Positions 17,768-27,794 of a stretch of DNA of 64,000 bases are shown one piece after another; position 1 is the stretch's first letter, and every line of letters begins with the position of its first letter. A program made the position numbers and the translations under genes. This DNA comes from Patescibacteria group bacterium. GTDB lineage: Bacteria; Patescibacteriota; Minisyncoccia; UBA6257; 1-14-0-10-40-38. Below the pieces are notes generated by a model. The model had not been told where the DNA came from and did not search any database. It was given only the letters and a program-made list of their open reading frames with translations. Where the stretch lies: NCBI GenBank assembly GCA_038064975.1, contig JBBTRX010000002.1, forward strand, positions 193,278-257,277, written 5' to 3'.

Positions 17768-18179
17768 TTATCTCTTTAATTAAAGCAATAAGCGCACGGG
17801 ATATCAAGAGAACAGCAACACCAATAACAGCATACGTAATTGTTCTTTTTCCATTTTCAAATTCAGTGGGATCTCCTTTTGCAAACAATATTTGATATCC
17901 GCCCCAGATAATCATAAGTGTTGCTATGGTGAGACCGAGTCCAACAGCAAATCCGATAAGGTCATTTAAAATTTGTTCAAGTGATTTTGATGGAATAATC
18001 TGACCACCTATTCCAGTTTGAGAAGGTGGTTGTTGCCCGACTCCTGATTGAGAAGGTGGTTGTTGTCCAAATCCCGATTGCGCTAACGCTGACTGAACAA
18101 GAATTAAATTTTTTAAAAATAGGTTCATAGAGATATAAATTATGGATTGGGTACAGAGTTGTTGGAAAGTAAACTCCAA
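17757..18179 (-). CDS. TrbC/VirB2-like pilin family small membrane protein (paralog 2) with Q/P-rich linker
   Basis: It shows the IIWGGYQILFAKGDP...ITYAVIGVAVLLI two-helix module. There is an internal repeat SG(F/V)GQQPPSQ. Confidence 0.5.
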   Translation of the reverse strand: MEFTFQQLCTQSIIYISMNLFLKNLILVQSALAQSGFGQQPPSQSGVGQQPPSQTGIGGQIIPSKSLEQILNDLIGFAVGLGLTIATLMIIWGGYQILFAKGDPTEFENGKRTITYAVIGVAVLLISRALIALIKEIIGA

Positions 18180-18538
18180 ACGAGTGAAACGATAATACCT
18201 GCTCCGAATACGATTGCGACGCCAATGAGTGCAGTTGTAATAATTTGCCTTCCCTTGGCGAACTCACTTGAATTCCCGCGTGCCATGATTATCTTAAACC
18301 CGCCCCAGATAATCATCAAGACAGCAAGGGGAAGGACGATGACTTTTCCGAGATAATCTATTACTACCTTAATAAGGTAAGCAAAGCTATTTAATCCACA
18401 ACCGCCATTGTCCGGTGGAAGATTAGGATCGCATTGAAGATCAACTCCTAAAATATTTAAAGTATCTGCACTCGCAATTCCTGGCATCAATATTATTGAG
18501 CAGCTAAGTAGAAAGAAAAAGAAAAATAGTATCTTCAT
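18140..18538 (-). CDS. TrbC/VirB2-like pilin family small membrane protein (paralog 1)
   Basis: The signal peptide is MKILFFFFFLLSCSIILMPGIASA. A Cys pair is followed by the MIIWGGFKIIMARG...ITTALIGVAIVFG module. Confidence 0.5.
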   Translation of the reverse strand: MKILFFFFFLLSCSIILMPGIASADTLNILGVDLQCDPNLPPDNGGCGLNSFAYLIKVVIDYLGKVIVLPLAVLMIIWGGFKIIMARGNSSEFAKGRQIITTALIGVAIVFGAGIIVSLVWSLLSNNSVPNP

Positions 18539-18543
18539 AAATA

Positions 18544-19839
18544 TCAGAACGACGAATTTTGTTTTGCTGCCATAAGAGAAGTGATTGAGCTTTGTGCTTC
18601 TTGAATAGCGGCAGCAGGAAGCTTGCGTCCGTTTATTACGTCTTCAATTACTTTTGAGAGTATTTGTTCAACGGTTACATTATCAATCTGTGGCCATGAG
18701 CGTGCAGATAAGGCCTGTGTTGCAAAGACACCGAGTGAGGCATCGGTCTGTGCTATTTGAATAAGGGAACGGAGTGCCGGCGGTTTCCCCGTGCGGTCAG
18801 TATATCTTTTTCCTGCTGCGGGATCTGCTGTCATAGCGAGGATATAGCTCCACGCGCCGCTATAGTTCTGTGTTCTATTAGAAACACCGATACCCCAGTA
18901 GTTTCCGTAGTTTACAGACTTTGTGGATCCCGAAGGTTGTGGCAGAGGAGCCACGCGATATTTCAGAAACGGATTTTTATTTTCAATCGTCGGCATGTGG
19001 TAGGCGTAGCCCAGCATCATCGCAATGCTCTCGTCCGCAAATCCATCCAAAGAATTTTTGAACGTATCGGTCCACGTAAAGTTTTTGTCTGCGGGATTCG
19101 CAAAGTCAGTATAGAACTTAAGTGCCTGTGCTCCTTGTGATCCAAAATCGGCTCGAGAAAAATCGGAGGAAACCATAGGGGATCCCGATTGGAGCATGAG
19201 GAGAGAAAGGATGTCCGTCGCGCGGCTTATACTTTTATTTGATCCACCGATTGCTGCTCCTGCACGTACTACGCGACCTCCCGAATCAAGTTCACGGAGT
19301 CGAGGAATAAGATTTTGAAAATCCGTCCAAGTTGTTGGAGGAAGTGCGATGCCCTCGGAATCAAAAAGATCCTGATTGTAATAGAGCGCAAGCGTATCAA
19401 TAGAGAGTGGAAGGGCGTAGATGAGCCCGTCCGGAGCAAAATCTTGTTCTGCTACAGTCGGATATAATTGCCGGAACGTAGCAACGGTGAGCTGGCTCTC
19501 AGGAACTGGCGCAAGCTTGTCGTAGTGCTTCGGAATCCAGGTGTTATGCACCATGAACATGTCCGGCCCCTTCCCGGCAGCGAGAGCATTTACAAGCTCT
19601 GTTTCATAATTTTGCGGATCAAACTGGCGATAGGTTATCGCATACTGTCCCCCAAGTGCAGCCGTAAGCTCGTTAATAACAGCTGATGTTTCGAAAACTC
19701 CCCAAAACGTAAGGGCGGTTTTGTTTCTATCTTCCGGATTTTGGCGCCCGGGAATCACGCCGAGAAAAACAAGAACAAAAAAGATAATAACGAATCCTGT
19801 GATGCCAACGATAATCGCACGGGATTTTGGAATTGCCAT
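18544..19839 (-). CDS. extracellular solute-binding protein (ABC transporter SBP family 1-like), membrane-anchored
   Basis: N-terminal TM, about 430 aa, overall SBP_bac_1-like composition. No permease gene is adjacent. Confidence 0.5.
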   Translation of the reverse strand: MAIPKSRAIIVGITGFVIIFFVLVFLGVIPGRQNPEDRNKTALTFWGVFETSAVINELTAALGGQYAITYRQFDPQNYETELVNALAAGKGPDMFMVHNTWIPKHYDKLAPVPESQLTVATFRQLYPTVAEQDFAPDGLIYALPLSIDTLALYYNQDLFDSEGIALPPTTWTDFQNLIPRLRELDSGGRVVRAGAAIGGSNKSISRATDILSLLMLQSGSPMVSSDFSRADFGSQGAQALKFYTDFANPADKNFTWTDTFKNSLDGFADESIAMMLGYAYHMPTIENKNPFLKYRVAPLPQPSGSTKSVNYGNYWGIGVSNRTQNYSGAWSYILAMTADPAAGKRYTDRTGKPPALRSLIQIAQTDASLGVFATQALSARSWPQIDNVTVEQILSKVIEDVINGRKLPAAAIQEAQSSITSLMAAKQNSSF

Positions 19840-19873
19840 TAGTTACTATTATACAATGCACTGCTTCACAAAG

Positions 19874-19906
19874 TAAAAACTCCCTCTGGTTTAGAGGGAG
19901 TTTTTA
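19874..19906. terminator. terminator hairpin AAAAACTCCCTCT/AGAGGGAGTTTTT (3' of gyrA)
   Basis: Seen in sequence. Confidence 0.6.
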
Positions 19907-19935
19907 GATTCTATTTTCTAGTTACTAATTTCTAT

Positions 19936-22374
19936 TTAAAAACACGCAATCGCAACCAATCGATCTCCAGGACGGAGAGACATAATACGCACACCTTGCG
20001 TTGCGCGCCCTGCTACACGAACGGTTTTAATCGGAGTTCTGATGATTTGTCCTTTCGCCGAAATGGCGAGAATCTCTTCTTCTTCACCGATAAGTTTCGC
20101 GGAAACCATGGGGCCAGTTTTTGCCGTGATGCTTGCTGCTTTAGTACCGGATCCTCCGCGTGTTTGAATTCTGAATTGCGTAATTGGTGTTTGTTTGCCG
20201 TAACCGTTTGCCATAACCACGAGCAGGCGCTTACCTTCTTTTTCTTCGTCGCGCAAAATGTCCATTGAGCTTACGCCGTCGTTTTTCTTGAGGCGAATAG
20301 CGCGCACGCCGGAAGCAGTGCGTCCCATCACGCGGACGTTGGATTCTTTGAAACGAATAGATTGTCCATTTGCGGTTGTGATAATGATCTCGTCTTTTCC
20401 ATCTGTCATATCAACCCAGCGGAGCGAATCGTCTTTGTGAAGTTTAATCGCGATGATTCCAGTTTTTCGAACATTCGCAAAATCCGCAAGAGAAGTTTTT
20501 TTAATCATTCCCATGGAGGTGAGCATGACAAGAGACTTTCCTTTCGCTGCTTCGCCCTTCGTATCCGGATAGGCAATAATTGCCTGGATTTTTTCTTCAA
20601 GCGGAATTTCTAAAAAGTTATGTATCGGTTTTCCTTTTGCAGTGCGGGAGCTCTGCGGGATTTCCCAAACCTTTGTTTGGAATACGCGGCCGCGATCCGT
20701 GAAGAAAAGAATATTGTCGTGCGTTTTCGCGGTCACGAGGTGCGTCAAGAAATCGTCTTCCGAAACTTCGGATCCGATAAGTCCCTTGCCACCGCGGCGT
20801 TGGGTCTTGAATGTTTCCGGTGGAAGGCGCTTTACATAACCGGTTTGAGAGAACGTGATAACTGTATCTTCTTGCGGAATCAAATCTTCCTCGCGGAAAT
20901 CTTTAAGACCGGTTGCAACAACTCTCGTTCTTCGCGGGTCGGCGTATTTAGTCTTAATTTCTCCCAATTCCGTTTTGATAACCTCAAGAATTTTTTTGGA
21001 AGACGAAAGTAAAAGCTCTAAAGCTTTAATGAGTGTGTGCTTTTCTTTAAGTTCCTCGTCAATTTTTAGTCGCTCAAGTGCCGCTAATGTTTGCAGGCGC
21101 ATTTCCAAAATTGCGTTCGTCTGGAGTTCGGAAAGCTTGAATTTCTGCATCAAGTTATCGCGAGCATCGTCGCGGTCTTTTGATTTTTTGATCGTGGAGA
21201 TAACGGCATCAATGTTGTCCAATGCTTTCGCGAGCCCTTCTAATATATGGGCGCGTTCTTTCGCACGCTTCAAGTCAAACTCCGCACGGCGGCGTATTAC
21301 GACTTCGCGATGCGAAATATGTGCCTGAAGAATATCTTTTAATGAAAGTACTTGCGGCTGTATGCCGTCGACAAGCGCAATCATATTCATATGAAAATCT
21401 TTTTGCAGGTCAGTGTGTTGGTAGAGCTGGTTTAAAATCTTTTGAGGCGAAGCATCATTTTTAAGCTCAATAACAACGCGCAGGCCGTCTTTATCTGATT
21501 CGTCACGAAGATCTTTAATACCTTCAACTTTCTTGTCCTGTACAAGTTCCGCGATTTTAATAACGAGTTCGGATTTATTCACTTGGTAAGGAATTTCGGA
21601 AATAACAATATCAAAACCGTTCCGCGATTCTTTGCGTTCAACGACTTCTGCTACCGCGCGCATGGTGACCGGCCCTCTTCCTGAAGCGTAATTTTCCGCG
21701 ATATTTTTTGCGTCGTAGATAATACCTCCTGTTGGAAAGTCTGGTCCTTTTACAAAACGGACTAAATCCTGCACCGTCGCTTTCGGTTCATCAATCAAGT
21801 GAAGCGTTGCATCAATAATTTCTCCTAAGTTATGAGGAGGAATATTTGTCGCCATACCGACGGCAATACCGACTGCGCCGTTTAAGAGGAGCGTCGGAAG
21901 TTTTGCGGGGAGTACTTTTGGTTCTTCTCGGCTGTCGTCATAGTTCGGCTGCCAGTCAACCGTTTCTTTTTCGATGTCAGTCAAGAGTTCAGCTGCGATG
22001 CGCGAAAGCTTTGTTTCGGTATAACGCATGGCTGCTGCGTTATCACCATCAACTGATCCCCAGTTTCCTTGCCCGATGACGAGCGGATAGCGCAAAGAAA
22101 AATCCTGCGCCATACGGACGAGCGTATCGTAAATAGAAGAATCTCCATGGGGATGGTATTTTCCCATAACTTCTCCAACGACGTTTGCGGATTTGCGAAG
22201 CTTTGCGTCTGCGGTAAGGCCAGAGTCCCACATCGCCCAAAGAATTCTCCGTTGCACCGGCTTTAAACCGTCCCGCACATCGGGAAGCGCGCGCGAAACA
22301 ATAACAGACATCGCATAATCAAGATACGATTCCTGCAGTTCGCTGGTTATTTCTCGTTTTTCTACGTTATCCAT
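19936..22374 (-). CDS. gyrA: DNA gyrase subunit A
   Basis: The N-terminus is [29 protein letters not shown]. It is a full-length 812 aa topoisomerase A subunit. Confidence 0.95.
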   Translation of the reverse strand: MDNVEKREITSELQESYLDYAMSVIVSRALPDVRDGLKPVQRRILWAMWDSGLTADAKLRKSANVVGEVMGKYHPHGDSSIYDTLVRMAQDFSLRYPLVIGQGNWGSVDGDNAAAMRYTETKLSRIAAELLTDIEKETVDWQPNYDDSREEPKVLPAKLPTLLLNGAVGIAVGMATNIPPHNLGEIIDATLHLIDEPKATVQDLVRFVKGPDFPTGGIIYDAKNIAENYASGRGPVTMRAVAEVVERKESRNGFDIVISEIPYQVNKSELVIKIAELVQDKKVEGIKDLRDESDKDGLRVVIELKNDASPQKILNQLYQHTDLQKDFHMNMIALVDGIQPQVLSLKDILQAHISHREVVIRRRAEFDLKRAKERAHILEGLAKALDNIDAVISTIKKSKDRDDARDNLMQKFKLSELQTNAILEMRLQTLAALERLKIDEELKEKHTLIKALELLLSSSKKILEVIKTELGEIKTKYADPRRTRVVATGLKDFREEDLIPQEDTVITFSQTGYVKRLPPETFKTQRRGGKGLIGSEVSEDDFLTHLVTAKTHDNILFFTDRGRVFQTKVWEIPQSSRTAKGKPIHNFLEIPLEEKIQAIIAYPDTKGEAAKGKSLVMLTSMGMIKKTSLADFANVRKTGIIAIKLHKDDSLRWVDMTDGKDEIIITTANGQSIRFKESNVRVMGRTASGVRAIRLKKNDGVSSMDILRDEEKEGKRLLVVMANGYGKQTPITQFRIQTRGGSGTKAASITAKTGPMVSAKLIGEEEEILAISAKGQIIRTPIKTVRVAGRATQGVRIMSLRPGDRLVAIACF

Positions 22375-22384
22375 GGAATTTGCA

Positions 22385-22789
22385 TTACGGAAGTTGAGTT
22401 GGCGGAATAACTTCTAGTGTTTCAAGTATAAAATTTTTCTGTGGAGTTTCTATAATAATCGTACGATCTTCGCTGATTTGATTCTTTGCGGATTCGGCAA
22501 TCTTGCCTCCTTGTTTTAATACGCCGCGCGTTCCTTCTCCTACAATCACCAGTCCTGCTTTAAATGATTCCGTAAACCCCATCTTTTCACTCTCTGCTTC
22601 CACGGTTGGAACTTCTGTGGAGGGGATGATTGCTTTAAGATACCCGACCCATACAAGAAGTACAACGAGCATCGTGCCGCCCGAGAGTATGACAAGCCAT
22701 CTTCGGCGGACCGATTCGCTTTGCTCCTGCAGATTCTGAATGAAACGGATAATGCTTCGCATGGGGGAATTAGATCGTAAGAACGACAA
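22385..22789 (-). CDS. hypothetical membrane-anchored protein (134 aa)
   Basis: ORF track. It has a single TM and lies immediately downstream of gyrA. Confidence 0.4.
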   Translation of the reverse strand: MSFLRSNSPMRSIIRFIQNLQEQSESVRRRWLVILSGGTMLVVLLVWVGYLKAIIPSTEVPTVEAESEKMGFTESFKAGLVIVGEGTRGVLKQGGKIAESAKNQISEDRTIIIETPQKNFILETLEVIPPTQLP

Positions 22790-23378
22790 TGCGCGGATGC
22801 TCCGGCAAGTCTTTCTTTTTAATAACTAATTTTTCTTCTTTGCTGGATTCTCGCCCGATTTCTTTTACAAATTCTTCTATCGTGCCTGCTTTCCGCTTCA
22901 AATCTTTAATTTTGAAAAATGCAGGAATGATAATGCGGGGATTAATTTGCTTGATGATTTTAGCCACGGCTTCAATAGATATATGTGGCTCGTCTCCTGC
23001 GGGAACGATAAGGATCTCTGATCCGGCAAGGCCTTCCTGCGCATCCGGACGAAGAGGTTCGGTGAGTCCACCCAATATTCCTATCTTTATGTCTTCTAAA
23101 ACGACAGTATAGATAGTTTTCGCGGTTGCTGCGTTTTCTCCATCAGCAAATCCGGAGATCGCTACACCCTGTATTTCATATTCACCGGGACCTAAAACGC
23201 TATCAAACTCCCGTCCTGTCTCATAGGGGATGGGGTAAGGCGTTTCGGTCTGTATTGCGATATTTGGCTTAAATCGCGGAGCGGTGAGTCCGCTATCATC
23301 ATGTAATGAATCAAGGGCGATCGTAAGCTGTCCCGATTGGATTTTAAAGCATCCTTCTCCGTACCAGGTGATAATCAT
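22770..23378 (-). CDS. MBL-fold metal-dependent hydrolase (UPF0173-like)
   Basis: An internal Met gives MIITWYGEGCFKIQSG..., which is typical of the UPF0173 N-terminus. The start was trimmed from the ORF-track 23474. Confidence 0.55.
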   Translation of the reverse strand: MIITWYGEGCFKIQSGQLTIALDSLHDDSGLTAPRFKPNIAIQTETPYPIPYETGREFDSVLGPGEYEIQGVAISGFADGENAATAKTIYTVVLEDIKIGILGGLTEPLRPDAQEGLAGSEILIVPAGDEPHISIEAVAKIIKQINPRIIIPAFFKIKDLKRKAGTIEEFVKEIGRESSKEEKLVIKKKDLPEHPRIVVLTI

Positions 23379-23491
23379 GAGTGTTTGGGTCCCAATAACC
23401 GCGTAAGAAGCGATATAATAGGAAGTTCTATTATAGTAGCAAAAAATAAGTCTGTTTTCAAGCCCAAAATACATGAAAACGCCCCTATATA

Positions 23492-23520
23492 TTGACTTTT
23501 ACGCTACTCAACCTTATAAT
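23492..23520 (+). promoter_or_regulatory. sigma70-like promoter TTGACT-17-TATAAT for rpsA
   Basis: Perfect hexamers are seen. The ORF-track 'start' of rpsA is the TTG inside the -35 box. Confidence 0.6.
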
Positions 23521-23542
23521 TGCCCTACGTTTAATTTCCTCT

Positions 23543-24640
23543 ATGAATACGAATACAATACGGAAGCCGAACATCTCGCCGCTTGGGGCACTTATTAAGA
23601 AGTCATCCGAGTTTAAATTGTTCGTTGTGGGCGAAATCGTTGATGCTATTTTGATAGAAAAGGCGCAAAAAGCTGCCTATTTTAATTTAGGTCCCTTTGG
23701 AACAGGTATGGTATACGGCGCAGAATTTAGCAATGCGTCTCATATCTTAAAGAGTTTGAATCCCGGAGATCCTATTTCCGCAAAAGTAGTTTCTATGGAA
23801 GGCGAGAATGGCTACATTGAACTCTCTCTAGCAGAGGCGGGTATTCAGAAATCATGGGAAATTATTAAAGAACTGGAAGAGCGGGGCGAAATTATCTCGG
23901 TAAAAATTTCTGGAGCAAATGCCGGCGGCCTGCTTACGGAGCTTCATGGCATCCGTGCTTTCGTTCCTGTTTCTCAGCTTTCTCACGATCACTATCCTCG
24001 CATTGATGACGGCGATAGAACAAAGATAATGGAAGAGCTCAAAAAGTTTGTCGGTACGGACCTTAAGGTAAAAATTATTGATATGAAGCCGCGCGCGAAG
24101 AAACTTATTCTTTCCGAGCGCGAAGGATCTGATGCTGGCAATGCAAAAGAATTGCTGGAGAAATATAAAGTTGGCGAAACAATTGAAGGCGTAGTTTCCG
24201 GAGTCGCTGATTTCGGCGCGTTTATAAAATTCGTAGATAATCCGCAGATTGAAGGATTGGTACACATCTCCGAGCTTGATCATAAACTTATTGAAAGCCC
24301 GAAAGAGATTGTAAAAATCGGAGACGCAGTACAAGCAAAAATTATTGAAATTAAAGAAGGCAAGGTTTCCCTTTCGCTCAAAGCGTTGAAGCTGGATCCT
24401 TGGCTCAAGGTCGGCGAACGTTACAAGGCAGGTACCGAAGCTAAAGGAACAGTAACCCGATTTAATCCATTCGGCGCGTTTGTCGCGCTTGATTCGGAAA
24501 TCCAAGGTTTGATCCACGTTTCTGAATTCGGCAGTGTGGACGAAATGAAAGCGAAAATTGAAATCGGAAAAATATATTCGTTTTCTATTGAACTCGTAAA
24601 GCCTGAGGAGAAACGCATTATCCTTAAAATGAAAAAATAA
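23543..24640 (+). CDS. rpsA: 30S ribosomal protein S1 (short form, about 4 S1 domains)
   Basis: Repeated S1-domain signatures (GxV...G.FV.....GL.H.SE). The start was moved to the ATG at 23543, downstream of the promoter. Confidence 0.8.
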   Translation: MNTNTIRKPNISPLGALIKKSSEFKLFVVGEIVDAILIEKAQKAAYFNLGPFGTGMVYGAEFSNASHILKSLNPGDPISAKVVSMEGENGYIELSLAEAGIQKSWEIIKELEERGEIISVKISGANAGGLLTELHGIRAFVPVSQLSHDHYPRIDDGDRTKIMEELKKFVGTDLKVKIIDMKPRAKKLILSEREGSDAGNAKELLEKYKVGETIEGVVSGVADFGAFIKFVDNPQIEGLVHISELDHKLIESPKEIVKIGDAVQAKIIEIKEGKVSLSLKALKLDPWLKVGERYKAGTEAKGTVTRFNPFGAFVALDSEIQGLIHVSEFGSVDEMKAKIEIGKIYSFSIELVKPEEKRIILKMKK

Positions 24641-24641
24641 T

Positions 24642-24908
24642 ATGTTGACTTCCCGCAAAAAAAAGACAGTTATTAAAGAATACGGAATCCATGAAACGGA
24701 TACCGGATCGGCGCCGGTGCAGATCGCGGTTTTGACGAAGCAGATTAAAGAGCTTACGTCTCATTTGAAAAAGCATCCAAAGGATCATCATTCCCGACGG
24801 GGTCTTTTGAAAATGGTTGGCAAGCGCCGTCGTTTGCTTACGTATCTTTCTAAACAAAACGCGAAGTCTCACGGCACGCTCTTGAAGCGGCTTGAGCTCA
24901 AGAAATAG
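24642..24908 (+). CDS. rpsO: 30S ribosomal protein S15
   Basis: Typical S15 sequence, 88 aa. Classical rpsO-pnp arrangement. Confidence 0.9.
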   Translation: MLTSRKKKTVIKEYGIHETDTGSAPVQIAVLTKQIKELTSHLKKHPKDHHSRRGLLKMVGKRRRLLTYLSKQNAKSHGTLLKRLELKK

Positions 24909-24909
24909 A

Positions 24910-25473
24910 ATGGCTCATAAAGACCAGCGAGTAGGTATTTTCATAGACATTCAGAACCTGTACCACTCGGCTAAAAATTTGTACGGTGCTCGGGTAAATT
25001 ACAAAGAACTTATCAAGCATCTCGTTGATGGGAGGAATCTTATCCGCTCCATTGCGTATGTTGTAAAAACGGAGTCAACACTCGGCGAGAGTTCTTTTTT
25101 TGAAGCGTTGAAGCAGTCCGGTCTTGAGCTTCGCACAAAAGATTTGCAAATTTATCCCGGCGGCATGAAAAAAGCTGACTGGGACGTTGGTATGGCAATT
25201 GATGCAGTGCGCCTTGCCGGCAGTATGGACGTGATCATACTCGTCACAGGCGACGGGGATTTCCTTCCGCTCGTTGATTATCTCCGCTGGGGTTTTGGAA
25301 AAGAAATTGAAGTTGCTGCATTCTCTCGTACGACGTCAGGAAAATTGAAAGAAGTTGCGGATAAATACACTGCCATTGAAGACGTTCCGCGAGGGCTTTT
25401 AAAGAGTAAGCGTGCACGAGCAGGACGAATATCAAAAAAGGAAGGAGGTGAACAACAGGGGGAGGGAGAATAG
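24910..25473 (+). CDS. NYN/LabA-like domain protein (PIN-like RNase fold)
   Basis: RVGIFIDIQNLYHS...DVGMAIDAV...ILVTGDGDF fits the NYN/LabA pattern. It is inserted between rpsO and pnp. Confidence 0.65.
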   Translation: MAHKDQRVGIFIDIQNLYHSAKNLYGARVNYKELIKHLVDGRNLIRSIAYVVKTESTLGESSFFEALKQSGLELRTKDLQIYPGGMKKADWDVGMAIDAVRLAGSMDVIILVTGDGDFLPLVDYLRWGFGKEIEVAAFSRTTSGKLKEVADKYTAIEDVPRGLLKSKRARAGRISKKEGGEQQGEGE

Positions 25474-25565
25474 AGAGTTAAACAGGTGATCAGTTAATCA
25501 GTTGAAGAGTTAAGCTCGTTATTAGTTATAAGTCATTAGTTGTTAGTTATCCTAATATATATTTT

Positions 25566-27665
25566 ATGAAAATTGATCGGCAGGAATTTAAAACGACATT
25601 TGCAGGACAAGAGGTAGTACTTACAACGTCCGGGCTTGCTGGACAGGCGAACGCTGCAGTATTCGGGCGCCATGGCGATACGGAAGTTTTAGCGACGGTA
25701 GTTATGGGTCGCGAAGATCGCGCGGTTGATTTCTTTCCGCTCACCGTTGATTACGAAGAACGTTTTTATGCTGCGGGGAAAATTTTAGGCAGTCGCTATA
25801 TGCGACGTGAAGGTAGGCCATCGGAAGAAGCTATTCTTGCTGGGCGCATTATTGACCGCACTATCCGTCCTCTTTTTGACCATCGCATCCGCCGCGACGT
25901 CCATGTCGTGGTAACCGTGCTTTCCGTTGATGAAAAAAATGACGTTAATTTTATTGCACTTCTTGCAACATCAGCTGCGCTCGCGATTTCAGATATTCCG
26001 TGGAGCGGACCGGTTGCTGGTGTAAAGGTAACGATTGGGAAAGACGGCAAATTTGTTTTCAATCCGGTAAACGGCGAAGCAACGAACACTCATCCGAAAC
26101 TAACGAGCTTTGTCGCAGGAACAGCGGACAGAATCAACATGATAGAAATGGAAGGAGTTGAATCTTCTGAAAGTGAAACTGCAGAAGCGTTCATCGCCGC
26201 GCATAACGAAATTAAAAAACTCGTTGTATGGCAGAACGAGATGATAGGAAAAATTGGAAAGAAGAAAACAAAAGTCCATTTAGACGAACTCCCCACAGAA
26301 CTCCGTGATAAAGCACGCGTATTCCTTGAACCAAAAATTGAAAAGGCAATGTATGTTTCGGATAAAACGGAACGCGAACTGGCACTTGCCGAAGCGCACA
26401 AGGAACTTGATGCCTTTTTAGAAAAAGAATTAGGAGAAGCGTCTCCGCATCATGCGCTTTTAATTTTTGAAGAAGAAACCGATGGTTTAGTGCATCGCAA
26501 TGTTATTGAACGCAATCGCCGTCCGGACGGACGGGGCTTAGATGAAATTCGCGAACTCCACGGGGAAGCGGGAGTGCTCGCACGCGCGCACGGATCGGCA
26601 ATTTTTATGCGTGGCAATACGCAAGCGCTCGCTGTTATTACGCTAGGACCCCCGTCTGCGGAGCAGATTGTAGAAAGTATCGGGTTTACGGGAAAGCGCA
26701 AATTTTTATTGCACTACAACTTTCCTAAATTTTCTGTGGGAGAAGCGGGGACATCTCGTGGTCCAGGACGGCGAGAAATCGGGCACGGCGCGCTTGCAAG
26801 TAAAGCGATTGAGAGCGTACTTCCAACGTCAGCGGAGTTTCCGTATACGATTCGCATCGTTTCAGAAATTCTTTCGTCAAACGGATCTTCATCTATGGCG
26901 ACAGTCTGCGCGGGAATATTAGCGCTTATGGATGCTGGTGTTCCCATTAAGAAACCGGTTGCCGGAATCGCGATGGGACTTATGACTGACAGTAAGGGAA
27001 ATCATAAGGTTTTGACTGACATTCAAGGACCAGAAGATCATTATGGTGATATGGATTTTAAAGTTGCAGGAACAAAAGACGGCATAACTGCTGTCCAACT
27101 TGATGTGAAGATTAGCGGCATTACGCCTGAGATGATTAAAGAAGTTTTGGATAAAGCAAAAATCGCACGCGAAAAGATTTTAGACGTCATGAACGGCGTG
27201 CTCGCAAAGCCACGCGCAGAACTTTCTCCATACGCTCCGATTATTATTACAACGAAGATTGCTCCGGAAAAGATCGGAGAATTAATCGGTCCTGGCGGAA
27301 AGATGATTAACGGCATCATTGAGCGCACAGGCGCCCTCTCAATTGATATTGAAGAAGATGGTTCGGTATTTATCACCGCGGACAAGAAAGAACTCGCCGA
27401 AGCTGCACTGGACGAAGTCCGTGCGATCGGTAAAGTATTTGCGATTGGAGAAGTGATTGATAACGCTGAAGTGGTTCGTATCCTTGATTTTGGAGCTATT
27501 GTCCAAATTGACGCGCATCACGACGGCATGGTTCACGTCTCGGAACTCAAAGACGGATTTGTAAAAAGTGTTACTGACGTTGTAAAAGTGGGGGACAAGA
27601 TTCGCGTAAAAATAGTTCGCATTGAAGACGGCAAGATTGGGCTCTCCATGAAGCAAGCGAGATAG
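25566..27665 (+). CDS. pnp: polyribonucleotide nucleotidyltransferase (PNPase)
   Basis: Two RNase PH-like domains plus C-terminal KH and S1 domains. 699 aa. Confidence 0.95.
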   Translation: MKIDRQEFKTTFAGQEVVLTTSGLAGQANAAVFGRHGDTEVLATVVMGREDRAVDFFPLTVDYEERFYAAGKILGSRYMRREGRPSEEAILAGRIIDRTIRPLFDHRIRRDVHVVVTVLSVDEKNDVNFIALLATSAALAISDIPWSGPVAGVKVTIGKDGKFVFNPVNGEATNTHPKLTSFVAGTADRINMIEMEGVESSESETAEAFIAAHNEIKKLVVWQNEMIGKIGKKKTKVHLDELPTELRDKARVFLEPKIEKAMYVSDKTERELALAEAHKELDAFLEKELGEASPHHALLIFEEETDGLVHRNVIERNRRPDGRGLDEIRELHGEAGVLARAHGSAIFMRGNTQALAVITLGPPSAEQIVESIGFTGKRKFLLHYNFPKFSVGEAGTSRGPGRREIGHGALASKAIESVLPTSAEFPYTIRIVSEILSSNGSSSMATVCAGILALMDAGVPIKKPVAGIAMGLMTDSKGNHKVLTDIQGPEDHYGDMDFKVAGTKDGITAVQLDVKISGITPEMIKEVLDKAKIAREKILDVMNGVLAKPRAELSPYAPIIITTKIAPEKIGELIGPGGKMINGIIERTGALSIDIEEDGSVFITADKKELAEAALDEVRAIGKVFAIGEVIDNAEVVRILDFGAIVQIDAHHDGMVHVSELKDGFVKSVTDVVKVGDKIRVKIVRIEDGKIGLSMKQAR

Positions 27666-27718
27666 TAGGAGAGTTAATGAGTAAACAGTTAATCAGTTGA
27701 GCAGTTGATTTGGAGATC

Positions 27719-27754
27719 AATAATCCCGACCAAAGCGTCGGGATTATTAGTTTT
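27719..27754 (+). terminator. pnp terminator: AATAATCCCGAC-CAAAGC-GTCGGGATTATT plus T-run
   Basis: Seen in sequence. It lies inside the ORF-track ORF 27705.., whose start is therefore rejected. Confidence 0.65.
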
Positions 27755-27794
27755 CCACAGCGTAGTTTGTTTCTTCGTGTGGTATAATTTCGCT

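Noticed and set aside
27705-27794. ORF-track start of the 27705..28811 gene
   Set aside because: This stretch contains the pnp rho-independent terminator (27719-27754). The start was moved to 27795/27810.
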